Shown here: one piece after another, positions 1-11,247 of the stretch
Layout: every line of letters starts with the position of its first letter
Position numbering within the stretch: the first letter of the stretch is position 1
From: Fistulifera solaris
Lineage: Eukaryota
Direction: 5' to 3'
Assembly: GCA_030295235.1 (NCBI GenBank)
Contig: AP026125.1
Location: 1-64,000, forward strand
DNA length: 64,000 nucleotides
The notes under the pieces: generated by a model
What the model was told of the DNA's origin: nothing
The model's database searches: none
The model's input: only the letters and a program-made list of their open reading frames with translations
Translations under genes and position numbers: made by a program

Positions 1-474
1 AACCCTAACCCTAACCTCTAACCCTAACCCTAACCCTAACCCTAACCCTAACCCCAACCCTAACCCTAACCCTAACCCTAACCCTAACCCTAACCCTAAC
101 CCTAACCCTAACCCTAACCCTAACCCTAACCCTAACCCTAACCCTAACCCTCAACCCTAACCCCAACCCCTAACCCTAACCCTAACCCTAACCCTAACCC
201 TAACCCTAACCCTAACCCTAACCCTAACCCTAACCCTAACCCTAACCCTAACCCTAACCCCAACCCTAACCCCTAACCCTCAACCCTAACCCCTAACCCC
301 AACCCCAACCCCAACCCTAACCCTAACCCTAACCCTAACCCTAACCCTAACCCTAACCCTAACCCTAACCCTAACCCTAACCCTAACCCTAACCCTAACC
401 CTAACCCTAACCCTAACCCTAACCCTAACCCTAACCCTAACCCTAACCCTAACCCTAACCCTAACCCTAACCCT
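1..474. repeat. Telomeric repeat array (CCCTAA)n / (TTAGGG)n, left chromosome end
   Basis: Tandem CCCTAA from base 1, with a few CCCCAA and CCCTCAA variants; C-rich strand at the 5' end. Confidence 0.99.
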
Positions 475-2395
475 CGCATCGTCTGGTCTTCGCTGGCACG
501 AAAGATTTGCTGATCGCTTTATGCACGATGGGTTTCTATCCTTCTAAGGCCGAACCTGACATCTGGATGCGAGAAAATGAAGGTCTCTACTTAATACATA
601 GCTGTTTACGTAGATGATATCGCCATCGGCCAAGACGGAACCCGCATGAGTATCGTTAAAGAACTTACTGAAACCCACAAGTTCAAACTCAAGGGTACCG
701 GTCCAATCTCCCATCATCTAGGCATGGATTTTTTCCGCGATGGAGAAGGACATCTTTGCTATGCGCCACGGAAGTACATCGAAAGAATGATGAAAGCGTA
801 TGAGTCTTCTTTTTGGTGAGAAGCCCAAACGGATTCTATCATTCCCCCGCTAGTGCCCGGGCGATCACCCCCGTAGACCGACATGTCCAAATCCTTGGAT
901 GCCGCACGGCATTAAGAAGTATCAGTCGCTTCATTGGTGCATTGCAATGGGTCATTACTATCGGGGATTTGATATTATGACAGCTGTCATGACGCTTATC
1001 TTCGCTCCGAGCCGCGACCGCTAAGGGGGGCATCTAGATAGAGCCAAAAGAATCTATGGCTATTTATCCTGTATGCTTAAATGCGGCCATTTGTATTTGC
1101 AACGGAAGAGCCTGATTTCTCGGCAATCCCGGATCCGGATCATGACTGGAAGTACTCAGTGTATGGCGACACAAAAGAAGAAATTCCACACGACGCACCT
1201 AAGCCTCTGGGGAAGTTTGTGACTACAGTACACTATGTCGATGCTTTAACCTTATGCATTGCACTCTGACAGGAAAATCAGTCACAGGCATTCTTCATTT
1301 TCTAAATGGTACCGACCGAATGGTATTCAAAGAAGCAAGCTACAGCTCTAAACGGCCACCTTTGGAAGCTTAATACACCGCAGCAAGGACGGTGTTGAAC
1401 AAATCATTGATTTACGCCTTACACCACGCTATTTGGGTGTACCTATTCGCGAGAAGAGCTATGTTTTTGGTGATAACAAAACCGCCGTTGACACAGCTAG
1501 CACGCCCCCATGGAAAGTTGAACAAGAGACATACCGCACTCTCTTATCATCGGGTTCGCCAAGCGGTAGCTAGCGGGATAGTCGGATTCTACCACATTCC
1601 TGGCGAGTTCAATGCAGCCGATATTGTGAGCAAACACTGGGCTGCATTTCAAGCAGTTTGGCATAGCACCTTGCTGCCCTTTGCTTTTCTGGATTCCAGG
1701 AATGTCCGCTAATCCTTTGTGTCCCATGACAATGGGTAATTCAAACCCATCGCGGTCTACAAGAGTACATATCCCGCTGCAGTGTACTGACTGTCATTCC
1801 GACAGCCGCATCTTTATGTTTTTTTTTATTATTTATCCCGCCATTGAAGGAAAATGGGGAGTGACAAGTTATTATTTTGATTACGCAGTCCCGGTGTTTG
1901 AATCGTGAGTGGCACGCTCCAGTCGGGAGTCGTTATCAGTCATGAACCCTTGAGTGACGTGGTTGTTCCTTCAATGACGGTTCCTTTGGTGTCACGGAAT
2001 CTATGTTGGGTTCCCTACAGTATTGCATTTACTGTATTAGTTTAAGTAGTTTAATTAATCGTGGTGGCTGACAACCTTTGATGCCATGCGATCGTATCGC
2101 TGCTTTGATGATTTTCATCAACCACAAGTTCTTATAATAATGAAGCTTTTCTACTGCATCTTCATCTTGTTGATCGTTGGTAGTAAAGGCTTTTCAAAGC
2201 CGCCCTCTGTGGTATTTCGGTACTTGCAGAGTAATTGTTGTTGTTGTTGCATTCATTGCGCTTTCACTGCTACGCTACTCGGTTTTAAGGCCAGTTCAAT
2301 TCGCCGTTGGTAGACGAAGTCTTCGCATCTGCCCCTTCAGATTATGCTTATAAGTCAAACCCACTTCGCTTTGGTTCACGCTGTAATACTTGTCA
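475..2395 (+). mobile_element. Ty1/Copia (CoDi-like) element A, 5'-truncated by the telomere: RT C-half, RNase H, PPT, 3' LTR
   Basis: Frameshifted translation gives SSGLRWHERFAD, MGFYPSKAEPDIWMRE, YIAVYVDDI, TTVHYVDA, HGKLNKRHTALSYHRVRQAVASG and NAADIVSKHW; PPT gaaggaaaatggggag precedes TGACAAG at 1862. Confidence 0.93.
1862..2395 (+). repeat. 3' LTR of Copia A (~534 bp)
   Basis: Starts right after the PPT with tgacaagttatta and ends taatacttgtca (imperfect inverted termini); no second copy in the window to confirm. Confidence 0.75.
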
Positions 2396-2496
2396 CATTG
2401 ACAATTGTGTCAAGCTTGTTTTGGATGCACTACAAGGAATCGGCCTGTAATGATGCTTCGGTGGTCCAACTCACTACAACAAAGCTCTCACGATCA
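2396..2496 (+). pseudogene. RusA-like Holliday-junction resolvase fragment
   Basis: Translates as IDNCVKLVLDALQGIG, a 1-nt shift, then NDASVVQLTTTKL, matching the RusA DxDNxxKxxxDAL...DDxxV motif. Confidence 0.6.
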
Positions 2497-3255
2497 TGAC
2501 AATTTTCTTAGCAAGTTTGAGTCATGTTAGTGACTGATTTTCAATAGTATTTGTGTAGTCTACTACTTATACTACACAACGATGGTACACCGGTATCGCT
2601 TATTTAGACTTCGACCGTCTATTTGAAGATAGAGTCACTTGGATACCATTCGGAGTTATTTGAAGTTGCAGTTACAAGGTTTTGATACCGTTGAGAGTGC
2701 AACGTCGACAATTTTGCAGACGTGGACATGTTTCTTCTCTTGCCACGACTGACTGTCAGGTAGACCTTCAGTACATTTTCTTACGGTCGTAGTCAACCCA
2801 CGGAAGCTTCACGGAGCTATGTTCATTTTCTACAGGAATTCAGTACTTGTTTTCTTTGCCACCTCAGCACAAGTTCCTGAAGATTGGAGAAAGGTGTGCA
2901 ATCATTTTCCATTAGAATAGGTCTCATACAAATATAAAATTAGAAATCAATCAATCTATACCGAAGTTTACTGAGTCTTCTTTGTGTGGTGAAATTCTCA
3001 AGGTCACAAACCTTGCGTAGTCGCATCTACATCCTTTGGAGTCCAGGCAGGCAGGCAGTGAGTAAGTACGCACAGGCGACTGTGTGGTTGTCTTTGCTGA
3101 TCATTGCAATCAAAGAGTGTTTGCGAGTATCAGTGCTTTCGCTTGTCAGTTGATCATCTCATCAAAGAGTGTTGAGTTGGTTGATTGTCGCCTTTGGCGT
3201 GAGGGTATTCGCGATTCGAATTCGCGGAGCTATCTGTGCGCCGGAATTTCTGTCA
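2497..3255 (+). repeat. 5' LTR of Copia B (759 bp, TGACA...TGTCA)
   Basis: Direct repeat of 12218-12965; inverted termini. Confidence 0.93.
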
Positions 3256-3269
3256 GATTAACAGTCGCA
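3256..3269 (+). promoter_or_regulatory. Primer-binding site complementary to the anticodon arm of tRNA-Asn(GUU), half-tRNA type
   Basis: gattaacagtcgca directly follows the 5' LTR; its reverse complement TGCGA-CTGTTAA-TC is an anticodon 5' stem, GUU loop and 2 nt of 3' stem. Confidence 0.7.
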
Positions 3270-4769
3270 AGCCTCTGGATTGTGTTTGGCTCGTTGGCTG
3301 TTTCACGTGGGCTGTTGTGAAGCTCTCGTGGAGGTTGTTTGACTTGTGAGTCTTGTTTCGCCGTAGTCGCCAGTGTCTGCCTGACGTCCGTCGTTGTTCG
3401 ACTTGTGAGTCTTGTCTCGCTTCGTGAGTCGCCGCTGTCTGTCTGCTGTCTGCCTACCGACCTGTCTGTCAGCCTACCGTCTGCCTGGCTGTCCGCTCGC
3501 CTGTTTGTCTGTCTGTCAGCCAACTACCCGTCCGCTCGCTAGGAATCCTTGAGGTTCCAGTCCAAGCAGTGACCCGCTTTACAGGAGTGGTGCTGCCTGA
3601 CAAGTCCTATCAATCTTCTGTTGTTCACCAAAGCACTGTACCCGCTTCAACGAGTAGCCAAGCTACTGCTCGGGAGTACCTGTATACCGCTCAGCCGGCG
3701 TTTGGCGCCGACGCTCCAATTGGCCCGCTGTGTAGGGCGCCTATGGGCGTGCTTGGGGCTTATTAATCGGATTTTCCGGTCTGTGAGGTCGCAGTACTGG
3801 GTACACATAGTGCTAAGAATTAACAGTGGGCTTGAAGACAGGGAGTAAGGTTCCTATTGCAGGTTCTCTTATCTTTCTGTTGTTCGGATTCTGGTTGGGC
3901 GGTATCTAATCTACTGGGGCCTTTGTTCCTTGGTACATCCGCATTCCAACGCCTCTGCTGTAAGGCATGATCGGGACACGTGCTTGGCAGGCTTATCACC
4001 TACCTTGCCTGAACCAACCCGCCAAGGTATAAGGGGGCTGTTGGGGAGTACACCGAAAGTGCAAAAGGAAGGGTACTTGGTCCTCACTGTCGCTGATTAC
4101 GTGCTCAAGTTCGGGAGGTCTTCCTCGACGCCAGGGTTGCTACTCCTGGATAGGAGATTGGGTTTTCCGGTGTCATACAGTTCACCGCCATCTCTGACCC
4201 CTTTAAGTAGTAGTACATTCAAGGTTCAAGTCAAGGTTCAAGTTCAAGATGGTTCTTCTCAGATCTCAGGGACGTATTGCCTTCGACCACGCCCCTCGAT
4301 GTACTTTTGGACTGTGCCAATTCCCCGGGCCTTAAACTGTCCCTTGTTTCTCGTGGCTACACCACGCCCCCAAACTGCTCTGTATCGACTATGCTGTTAT
4401 CGACTCCCCTTACCCACGACGAAAAACCCGACGGTGCCGCATGATAGTACTCCAGTCACGGGTTCCAGTACCGCAAGTCGACAAGGACATGCTAAAGATG
4501 TTTTTCAAGTACGCCGCCGATCGTCACTTTCAGGGTGACCCCATCAATGATTGGATGTCAGTCACAGTTGAAGAGTTCGATTCCTTTTGTCTACGGGGAG
4601 ACATTTCAACGCTGCTAATGGCTGCACTCTTGCAAGCACACCAAGTCCTACTGTGTGTCTTAGCAGTCCAAAGCCCACGATGTCCCCAGCTCATGCCTAT
4701 CAACACGGTATCAAGCGCGATTCTCCACTCCTTCCTACAGTCAAGAGTGAAAGTTACAATGACCCATCA

Positions 4770-5468
4770 TGACAGATTTATAATAAGATTGATTCCTGGG
4801 TGTTCATGACTGGACAGTCCGTTTGTCTGTCAGGGTGTATTTTGGGTGGTTCATGACTGGGAGTGAGTCATGAAGCTTGAAGTTGAAGTTGAATACCAGT
4901 GTGAGGAAGATATGTTTTTGGATTCTTCTCTCGCCACGCCAGTGACCACGCCAGTATTTTGAGAAGGATGAGACAGCTTCTCATTTTCATTAGTTTTAGA
5001 TAATGCTCACAATTTAGAAACCCAGTTGATAATGAACTAGTTGTCATTACCTCGTGACGAAAGTAACGGTCAGAGATACATTTGCTGTGTGGAATCTCAG
5101 AGGGTTGGCACACCTTGTGAGAACGGTTGAGTCGAGTTGGCACACTTGACCTAACCAGTGTTAGGAGAAGGCTGGCACGCCGGATCTTTATACTGAAGCA
5201 GTAAGTACGCTGCGATTTCGGGTTGGCACCGGATTGTACTTATTGACCTATACGGCAGCGGGTGGCCAGTTGTCGTGACTCTTTGTGTGTAGTGTGCAGT
5301 GACACGGTCGGGTCATTCGCTCATAGCGAGTTCGGGTGATTTTGACGCCTGTGCGCCGATTGTTGCGCGGTGTCGAGTTACACGTGGCATTGGATTGTGT
5401 CGCTTTGTACTCTCAGCGTGGAGAGTCTCAAATTCTGGGAGCTATCTGTGCGCTTCAGAATTTTGTCA
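4770..5468 (+). mobile_element. Solo LTR of a third Copia family inserted in Copia B gag
   Basis: TGACA...TGTCA, 699 bp, flanked by a perfect 5-bp TSD CATCA (4765-4769 and 5469-5473); 3' end resembles the Copia B LTR end (ggagctatctgtgcg...gaattt.tgtca); gag similarity resumes after it. Confidence 0.88.
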
Positions 5469-5863
5469 CATCATTTCAGTCATTTGTGACTCAAGTACGC
5501 GCACAAAACGTCAGTAGTACACCTAAGGATCCATACAAGTCTACAACTGACAACAAGAAGGAACTCTCCACTGTCAACGCATAAATACAAGTGACTGCCG
5601 CTCGTCCGACTACTGAACGACTATCCAGTAACACATCAACTCCATGCTTGACTGAACCTGCTGCTTCTATTGAAGGTGCTTCTACTGAAGGGTTAATAAC
5701 GCTCCAGAAGACGGCAATTTCCTTGCTTCTGGAATCGAGTGTGGTACTTATGATGGTGTTGATGGTTTTGACGTCACAAACACCGACAAGGTTTTTCCGT
5801 ACTATCGCATTGGCATTCAGGACATTGGTGACCATCAAATGACCGGCCTCAAAATGGTACTGT

Positions 5864-6191
5864 TGCCCTATGCACCACGTAGACAAATGTTTGAGAAGAA
5901 GAAATTGTGTGAACATCTACGCTTTATTTTCTATGCTACTCTTTTGCAATGTTCGCTTTTATGCTGATCGCTGTCTCTTCTGACGTCGGCAAATGTTCTG
6001 GATACGCTTCCATGTTCTGGATACGCTTCAAACTTCCGTTGTTAACCTAGGGAAGCTTCAGTCCCGAGCACGTAGTGTCATCGGGAATGGAATTTCTCGG
6101 ATGTGACGTGTACACTGTCGCGACCGGCAACACTAGTGTACAAAGTTTTCCGCTTAGCTCCGGTTCTTTAGATATAGCTTTCGCTATTACA
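5864..6191 (-). repeat. Gypsy 3' LTR
   Basis: Direct repeat of 10921-11247; contains tandem atgttctggatacgctt x2. Confidence 0.92.
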
Positions 6192-6247
6192 TTCGCTTTC
6201 CCTAATTGGACGCCTTCGGATTCAAGTAGGGCTGAACAAGACGAATG

Positions 6248-9200
6248 TTAACACGCTCGGGTAACGGGACCGCGCCGAATGCTAATAGTTCCATTAGCAT
6301 ATCGTTGTGTTACCTCGTAAGGTCCATGGCGGGGTGTGCTGAGCTTGCACAGGATCCCATGCTTTTTATAAAGCACTTTATCGCCAACTTGATATTCATG
6401 TGGAATTCGCCAAGCATTTTCGCGTTGATTATTTTTGTCGATAGTTTGTTGTCGACGTTGTCGAAGAGCTTCCCAATTTGCACGAAAGGTTATTGGGAGA
6501 ATCATATCAGCGGCCAAAGACTAATTGAGCCGGTGTTGCCTCGAAGCGTTGTATGATACGTGGCCGGATTGCAAAAGCAACAGAAGAAAGAAAATCTTTC
6601 CATGTGTGAATCGGGTCGAAGTTCGCGCTCCTCCAATTCAAAAGTGCGTAACATATCCGAAAGAACCGCGTGGACTCGCTCAATAATACCGCTCGACTGA
6701 GGGTTATGGGTCGTCGACGGTTTGGCGGGTTAAGCCGTAGTTGTCGGTCATTTTCTTAAAAACGCCTTTATTCTCGCCGCCATTGTCAAACCCAATGAAT
6801 TGGGGTCGTGGGTAACGGCTAAGCCAATTATGATCAAAGGCTTCCCAAACCGTGGTCGGGCGGTTCGGTCGTGGACTTCCGCTATTTCAAACCAACCGGT
6901 AGTTGGGTCAATCATAGTTAAAGCATTTAGTTCGAATGACCCATTGGGCGTTTGTACATTTAAGGGCCCGATAAGGTCCACATTAACCCTTTGCCATGGA
7001 ATAGCGGGTTCGGCTTCTTTTGGGGGTAAATGTCCATACTTTTGCGAGTCTTTTTGCACAGTTGGCATTCCCTGCAAGTTTTTACGTGTTGCTCTATGGT
7101 ATGACGCATATTGGGCCACCAGTAGAGTTGACTCAAAGTCCCTTCCATGCGAAGTTTGTCCAGGGTGCCGCAGATATAAATGATACCATGCAACGATCTC
7201 GCTGGCGCAATGGAGTTGGAATGACTATGCGGTTTTTGTGCATAATTAATTCCGTATCTTCAATAGTAGATCGTGAGAAGTTGGGGTCAGAAACGACTTT
7301 TTGCTGCAACTTTGTGTCTTTCGCTTGATACTTTGGCGATAAGACTCGGATGCATCGGAAACTGTTCAAGTTCCGCTTCTGTACTACTAGCAAATGTCGC
7401 TGCTATCCAGTTGGGATCGCCTGTGACTAGGGTTGATTCGTCTCGAACGGCGTGCCATGACGTAGCAGCATACTGTCCTGTGGACACTGTTTCCGCACCG
7501 CTTCGGTACAATTTAACCGAGACAAGGCATCGGCAACGACGTTGTCTTTTCCCGGCTATGTGGACATATTCTGGTCCGTATTCCTCTAAGAGGAGCCGCC
7601 ATCGCGTAATGCGATCATTTGACAGTTTACCATGAATAATATTCATGTGGTCGGTGTGTACGATCAAGCGTTGTCCCAGTAATAAGGATCGGAATTCTTT
7701 GAGTGTTTCCACAATGGATAGTAATTCCTGTTCGCCTGTTGTGTACCGTTGCTGAGCCTTATTCATTTTTCGGCTATAGAATGCTAACGGTTTGTCGTCT
7801 TGAGAAATCACTGCTCCCAGTTGATATGCGCTGGCATCCGTGTGGATGTGGAATGGTTTGTTAAAGTCGGGGAACGAAAGCATTGTTTCCCTGCTGATGT
7901 TTCGTTTTATTTCATCGAACGCCTCCTGTTGTTCGGGTCCCCAGTGGAACTTTACCTTGTCCGAGACTAACTGTGTGAGTGGCGCCATGAGGTGGCTTCG
8001 CCGTCTCCACATGTCGCGCGGTAGTAGTTTATCATTCCGAAAGTGGCTGTAGTTGCCTTTTTGTTGTGGGTTCTTTTATGCGCATTATGGCCTCGACCTT
8101 TTTCGGTTGGGGTTGCATTCCTTCTCTGGTGATAACGTAGCCCAGGTACTCGAGTTCTGACTTGGCTAAGAAACATTTTCGCACGCTTGCTCGAACCGGC
8201 TTTCTGAAGACGGGTTAAGTACAATGCTTAGTTTTTCCATGTGATCTTCGAAGGTGCCGTTACTCGTGATTAAAATGTCGCCGATGTACGCCATCGCCGA
8301 AATCAAGGTCACCTAAGAGATCGGACATGATGGATTGAAAAATGTCCGGACAATTTTTTATGCCCATCGGCAACCGCTTGTAGCGATACTTGCCCCATGG
8401 AAGAATTGTTGTACACAATTTTTGAGACTCTTCGTCCAGAGGTATATGATAGTAGCCCATACTAAGGTCTATTGCAGTAGCAAACTTGAAACCTTGTAGT
8501 CTTTGTAAAAGCTCCGCTATTCGTGGAAGCGGAAAGGGCTTACGCTTTGAGTGCTTCGCTTAGACGCCGAAAGTCTGTCAATATTCGCACGTCAGCCTGT
8601 CTTCTTTGGTTGTACAAATGTAGGCGCCGCCCATTCACTTTCATGGTTCTTTTCGAACACATCAATTTCCGTCAAACGGTTTATTTCTTTTTTTGTCGTT
8701 TCATAGAGTGATTGTGGAATCGGAAACGCCGTGAATGATATGGCGTGGCTCCCTCTTGGAGTTCTAAATGGACTGGAGGGATGTTTAAGGTTCCTAGTCC
8801 GTCAGCCGAAGAGTAATTCACATCGAATTAAGACTTGTGTTAGTCTGTGTTTCTCTTCTTGTGTCAAGTAGTCGAAGTTCTTTGATCGTACTCTTCGACA
8901 TCGACTTTGCTATAGTCGGCATCGAGTATTCTAGCTTGGCGATTTTCGGCCTCATGCACCGTTGAAATTCCCGGTGAAGCATGGTAAAGTATTTGTAGCA
9001 TGTTCGACTCGCTTAACATTCCCTCGTTGCTTGAGGGGTGTTGTGCTTTGTTCCCAGCGCACTACTCTGTTTTCGGTGTCCACGACGAGCCCAATCGCTG
9101 TGAGCAGATCCATTCCGAGGATCATATCGCACATGGCTTTGTCTGGCTTTTGTATGCCGATCTACATGGCATATCCATGTGACTCGCTTATCGCCTGAAA

Positions 9201-9851
9201 GTTCAGGGAACGAGAAGTCGATTAATGCTTTTGATTTGTCTCAAATGTACCGCCCCATGGTTTTCCACTTGGTCGTTTTTCCTTTATAACTTTTCGCGCA
9301 CTCGGCCGCACAAAGTCTCGAAGCACAATGGATTCGGTGGTGCCCGTGTCGAGTAGACATCGTGCTGGCACCAATTCGCCGTCTTTGTTTTCTATTTGGA
9401 CGATTATTTCGGCGGTGTAGTGGCTGTTTTTAACCTTTTTTTTGTTTCGATTTGTTTCATGAAACGCGTATAAAGCTAGAGTTTCTTTTTCGTTTTTATT
9501 TTCATTCTCGCTACTACGATTATTACTACTTTCACTACTGTCTTGTTGTTCTGCACCGCGTTTACTGCGTTTGGTATGTGCGAAGACATTGGGGTGAGTG
9601 GTGTAGTCGTAGCGATTGCAGCTCGGGCGATTGTTTGGACTTACCTCATTGTCCTTGCCCTGCATACTCTGCAATAATTTAACTGCGTAGGCGTCCATTT
9701 CGTCATCGCTTTCGCTCTTCAACGACGCTGGCGCTTTGTTATTGCGATGTTCTTTTAACTTTTTCAACGCGTTAGTCGTCATCTCCAACGCTTTTTTGTT
9801 GACTGCCTTGTTGAATTTGTCATTCTTTTTATTGTTGTTCTGACCGAGCAA
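6248..9851 (-). CDS. Gypsy pol (protease-RT-RNase H-integrase), frameshifted
   Basis: ORF pieces 9222-9851, 8952-9134, 8260-8460, 7287-8012, 6748-7119 and 6248-6517 carry canonical motifs. Confidence 0.9.
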
Positions 9852-9857
9852 AATTGC

Positions 9858-10876
9858 TCACCGTTGTTGCTGTTTCAGAGCAGCGAACGGCATTCCTCGT
9901 CGGGCGCCTTGTGGTATTTTTTTGCAATGTCGGCAGGCTTTGCGCTGTTTTTTGTTCTTTCTGTTGCTCGCCGTCTCGGTCGAAGTCGTCAGCGCTCCGT
10001 TTGCCTTCAGCCTCTTTCCTTTTGTTCTCCCTCGGCTTTTTGCTCTAGTGCTTTTTTTGCACTGCCACGCGTCCCACCAACCGCCTAGGTCGTTTCGTAG
10101 GCATCCGGCCGCCTCAAATCGGTCGCTCGTGGCTCGCTGCGCCATCATGAGTTGTTGCACTTCGCCATGGCGCGCTTCATCGAGGATGTCGATGAGGATG
10201 TCGTCCGGTAGCTTGTTGTTGCGTGCTAGCTGGCCATTGCCCAGTCTTTTGCTCGGAAAGAATGGCAGCCAATTGTTCAATGTTTCCAAACGGGCGCCAA
10301 AAGTACTGCGGTTTGTGTCCGAACATCCGCAAGTGACCTTTTGGAGGTATCGCTTCTGAATTTTGTGAGCGCCGTCCGGCGAGGAAAAAACGGTGATTGC
10401 GACTTCGTTGAGCTCAACGGAGACGCTTCTTCGGTTCTTTGTCGATGTACTTTCTCAACGACTGTTCAAAAATCGCACTCGCTTTACCCTCAAGTGTAGC
10501 CGAGAAAATTTCGGTTTCCGTTGTCGCGCGCTCCGCCTGAACTTGCGCGTCCGCTATGCTCGGAGGGAGCGGAGGTGCTTTTGCGCCGAAATATTTCACG
10601 CTCGCAAAGGGTGCACCATTCTTCCGGCTTTCCAAATCGGAAGATTCGGATTTTTACCTCGTGACTTGTCATCTCTTCCTTCTGCATTTGAAAGGTTGAC
10701 CTCAAAGGTGCGATATTCATCGCGTTCCATCTCGGAATCGGTTTTCTCTCCGTTCGCTCACGCCTTCGTTTCAAGGTGTAAAAATCGATCGGAGGAGGAA
10801 CTCCCAGAGCCGCTTTCGCTTTCTCCAGGGCAACAATCTCGTCCTTTGAGCGCTTCATCGTGCTGAGGACGGCCAT
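9858..10876 (-). CDS. Gypsy gag, frameshifted
   Basis: Starts just inside the 5' LTR; IFRFGKPEEW, LNNWLPFFP, LPDDILIDIL, and a C-terminal CRHCKK knuckle-like remnant. Confidence 0.75.
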
Positions 10877-10920
10877 TGTCGATGGTTGTTTGTTTTCTCC
10901 TTTCGGAAGTATATATACTG

Positions 10921-11247
10921 TGCCCTATGCACTACGTGAGACAAATGTTTGAGAAGAAGAAATTGTGTGAACATCTACGCGTTTATTTTCTATGCTACTC
11001 GTTTGCAATGTTCGCTTTGCGTTGACGTTGCCCTTCTGACGTCGGCAAATGTTCTGGATACGCTTCCATGTTCTGGATACGCTTCAAACTTCCGTTGTTA
11101 ACCTAGGAAGCTTCAGTCCCGAGTACGTAGTGTCATCGGGAATGGAATTTCTCGGATGTGACGTGTACACTGTCGCACCGGCAACACTAGTGTACAAAGT
11201 TTTCCGTTTAGCTCCGGGTTCTTTAGATATAGCTTTCGCTTATTACA
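10921..11247 (-). repeat. Gypsy 5' LTR
   Basis: TG...CA direct repeat of 5864-6191. Confidence 0.92.

Larger units (their letters stand above)
5864..11247 (-). mobile_element. Full-length Ty3/Gypsy LTR retrotransposon nested in Copia B
   Basis: LTRs at 5864-6191 and 10921-11247; TSD ACTGT on both sides; PPT agggaaagcgaa next to the 3' LTR; order gag, PR (LLDTGT), RT (GYYHIPL, LPWGKYRYKRLPMG), RH (HTDAS, TDH), IN (VDLIGP, GPYEV); many frameshifts. Confidence 0.95.

Noticed and set aside
273..479. GL-repeat ORF
   Set aside because: Translation of the telomeric TTAGGG repeat
2492..3260. LTR 2497-3255 as a solo LTR with TSD gatca/gatta
   Set aside because: The match is imperfect; the downstream sequence is better explained as a PBS, leader and gag, and a partner LTR with PPT exists at 12218
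3330..4248. ORFs and simple repeats in the Copia B leader (e.g. 3930-4538)
   Set aside because: Low-complexity untranslated leader with no recognisable protein motif
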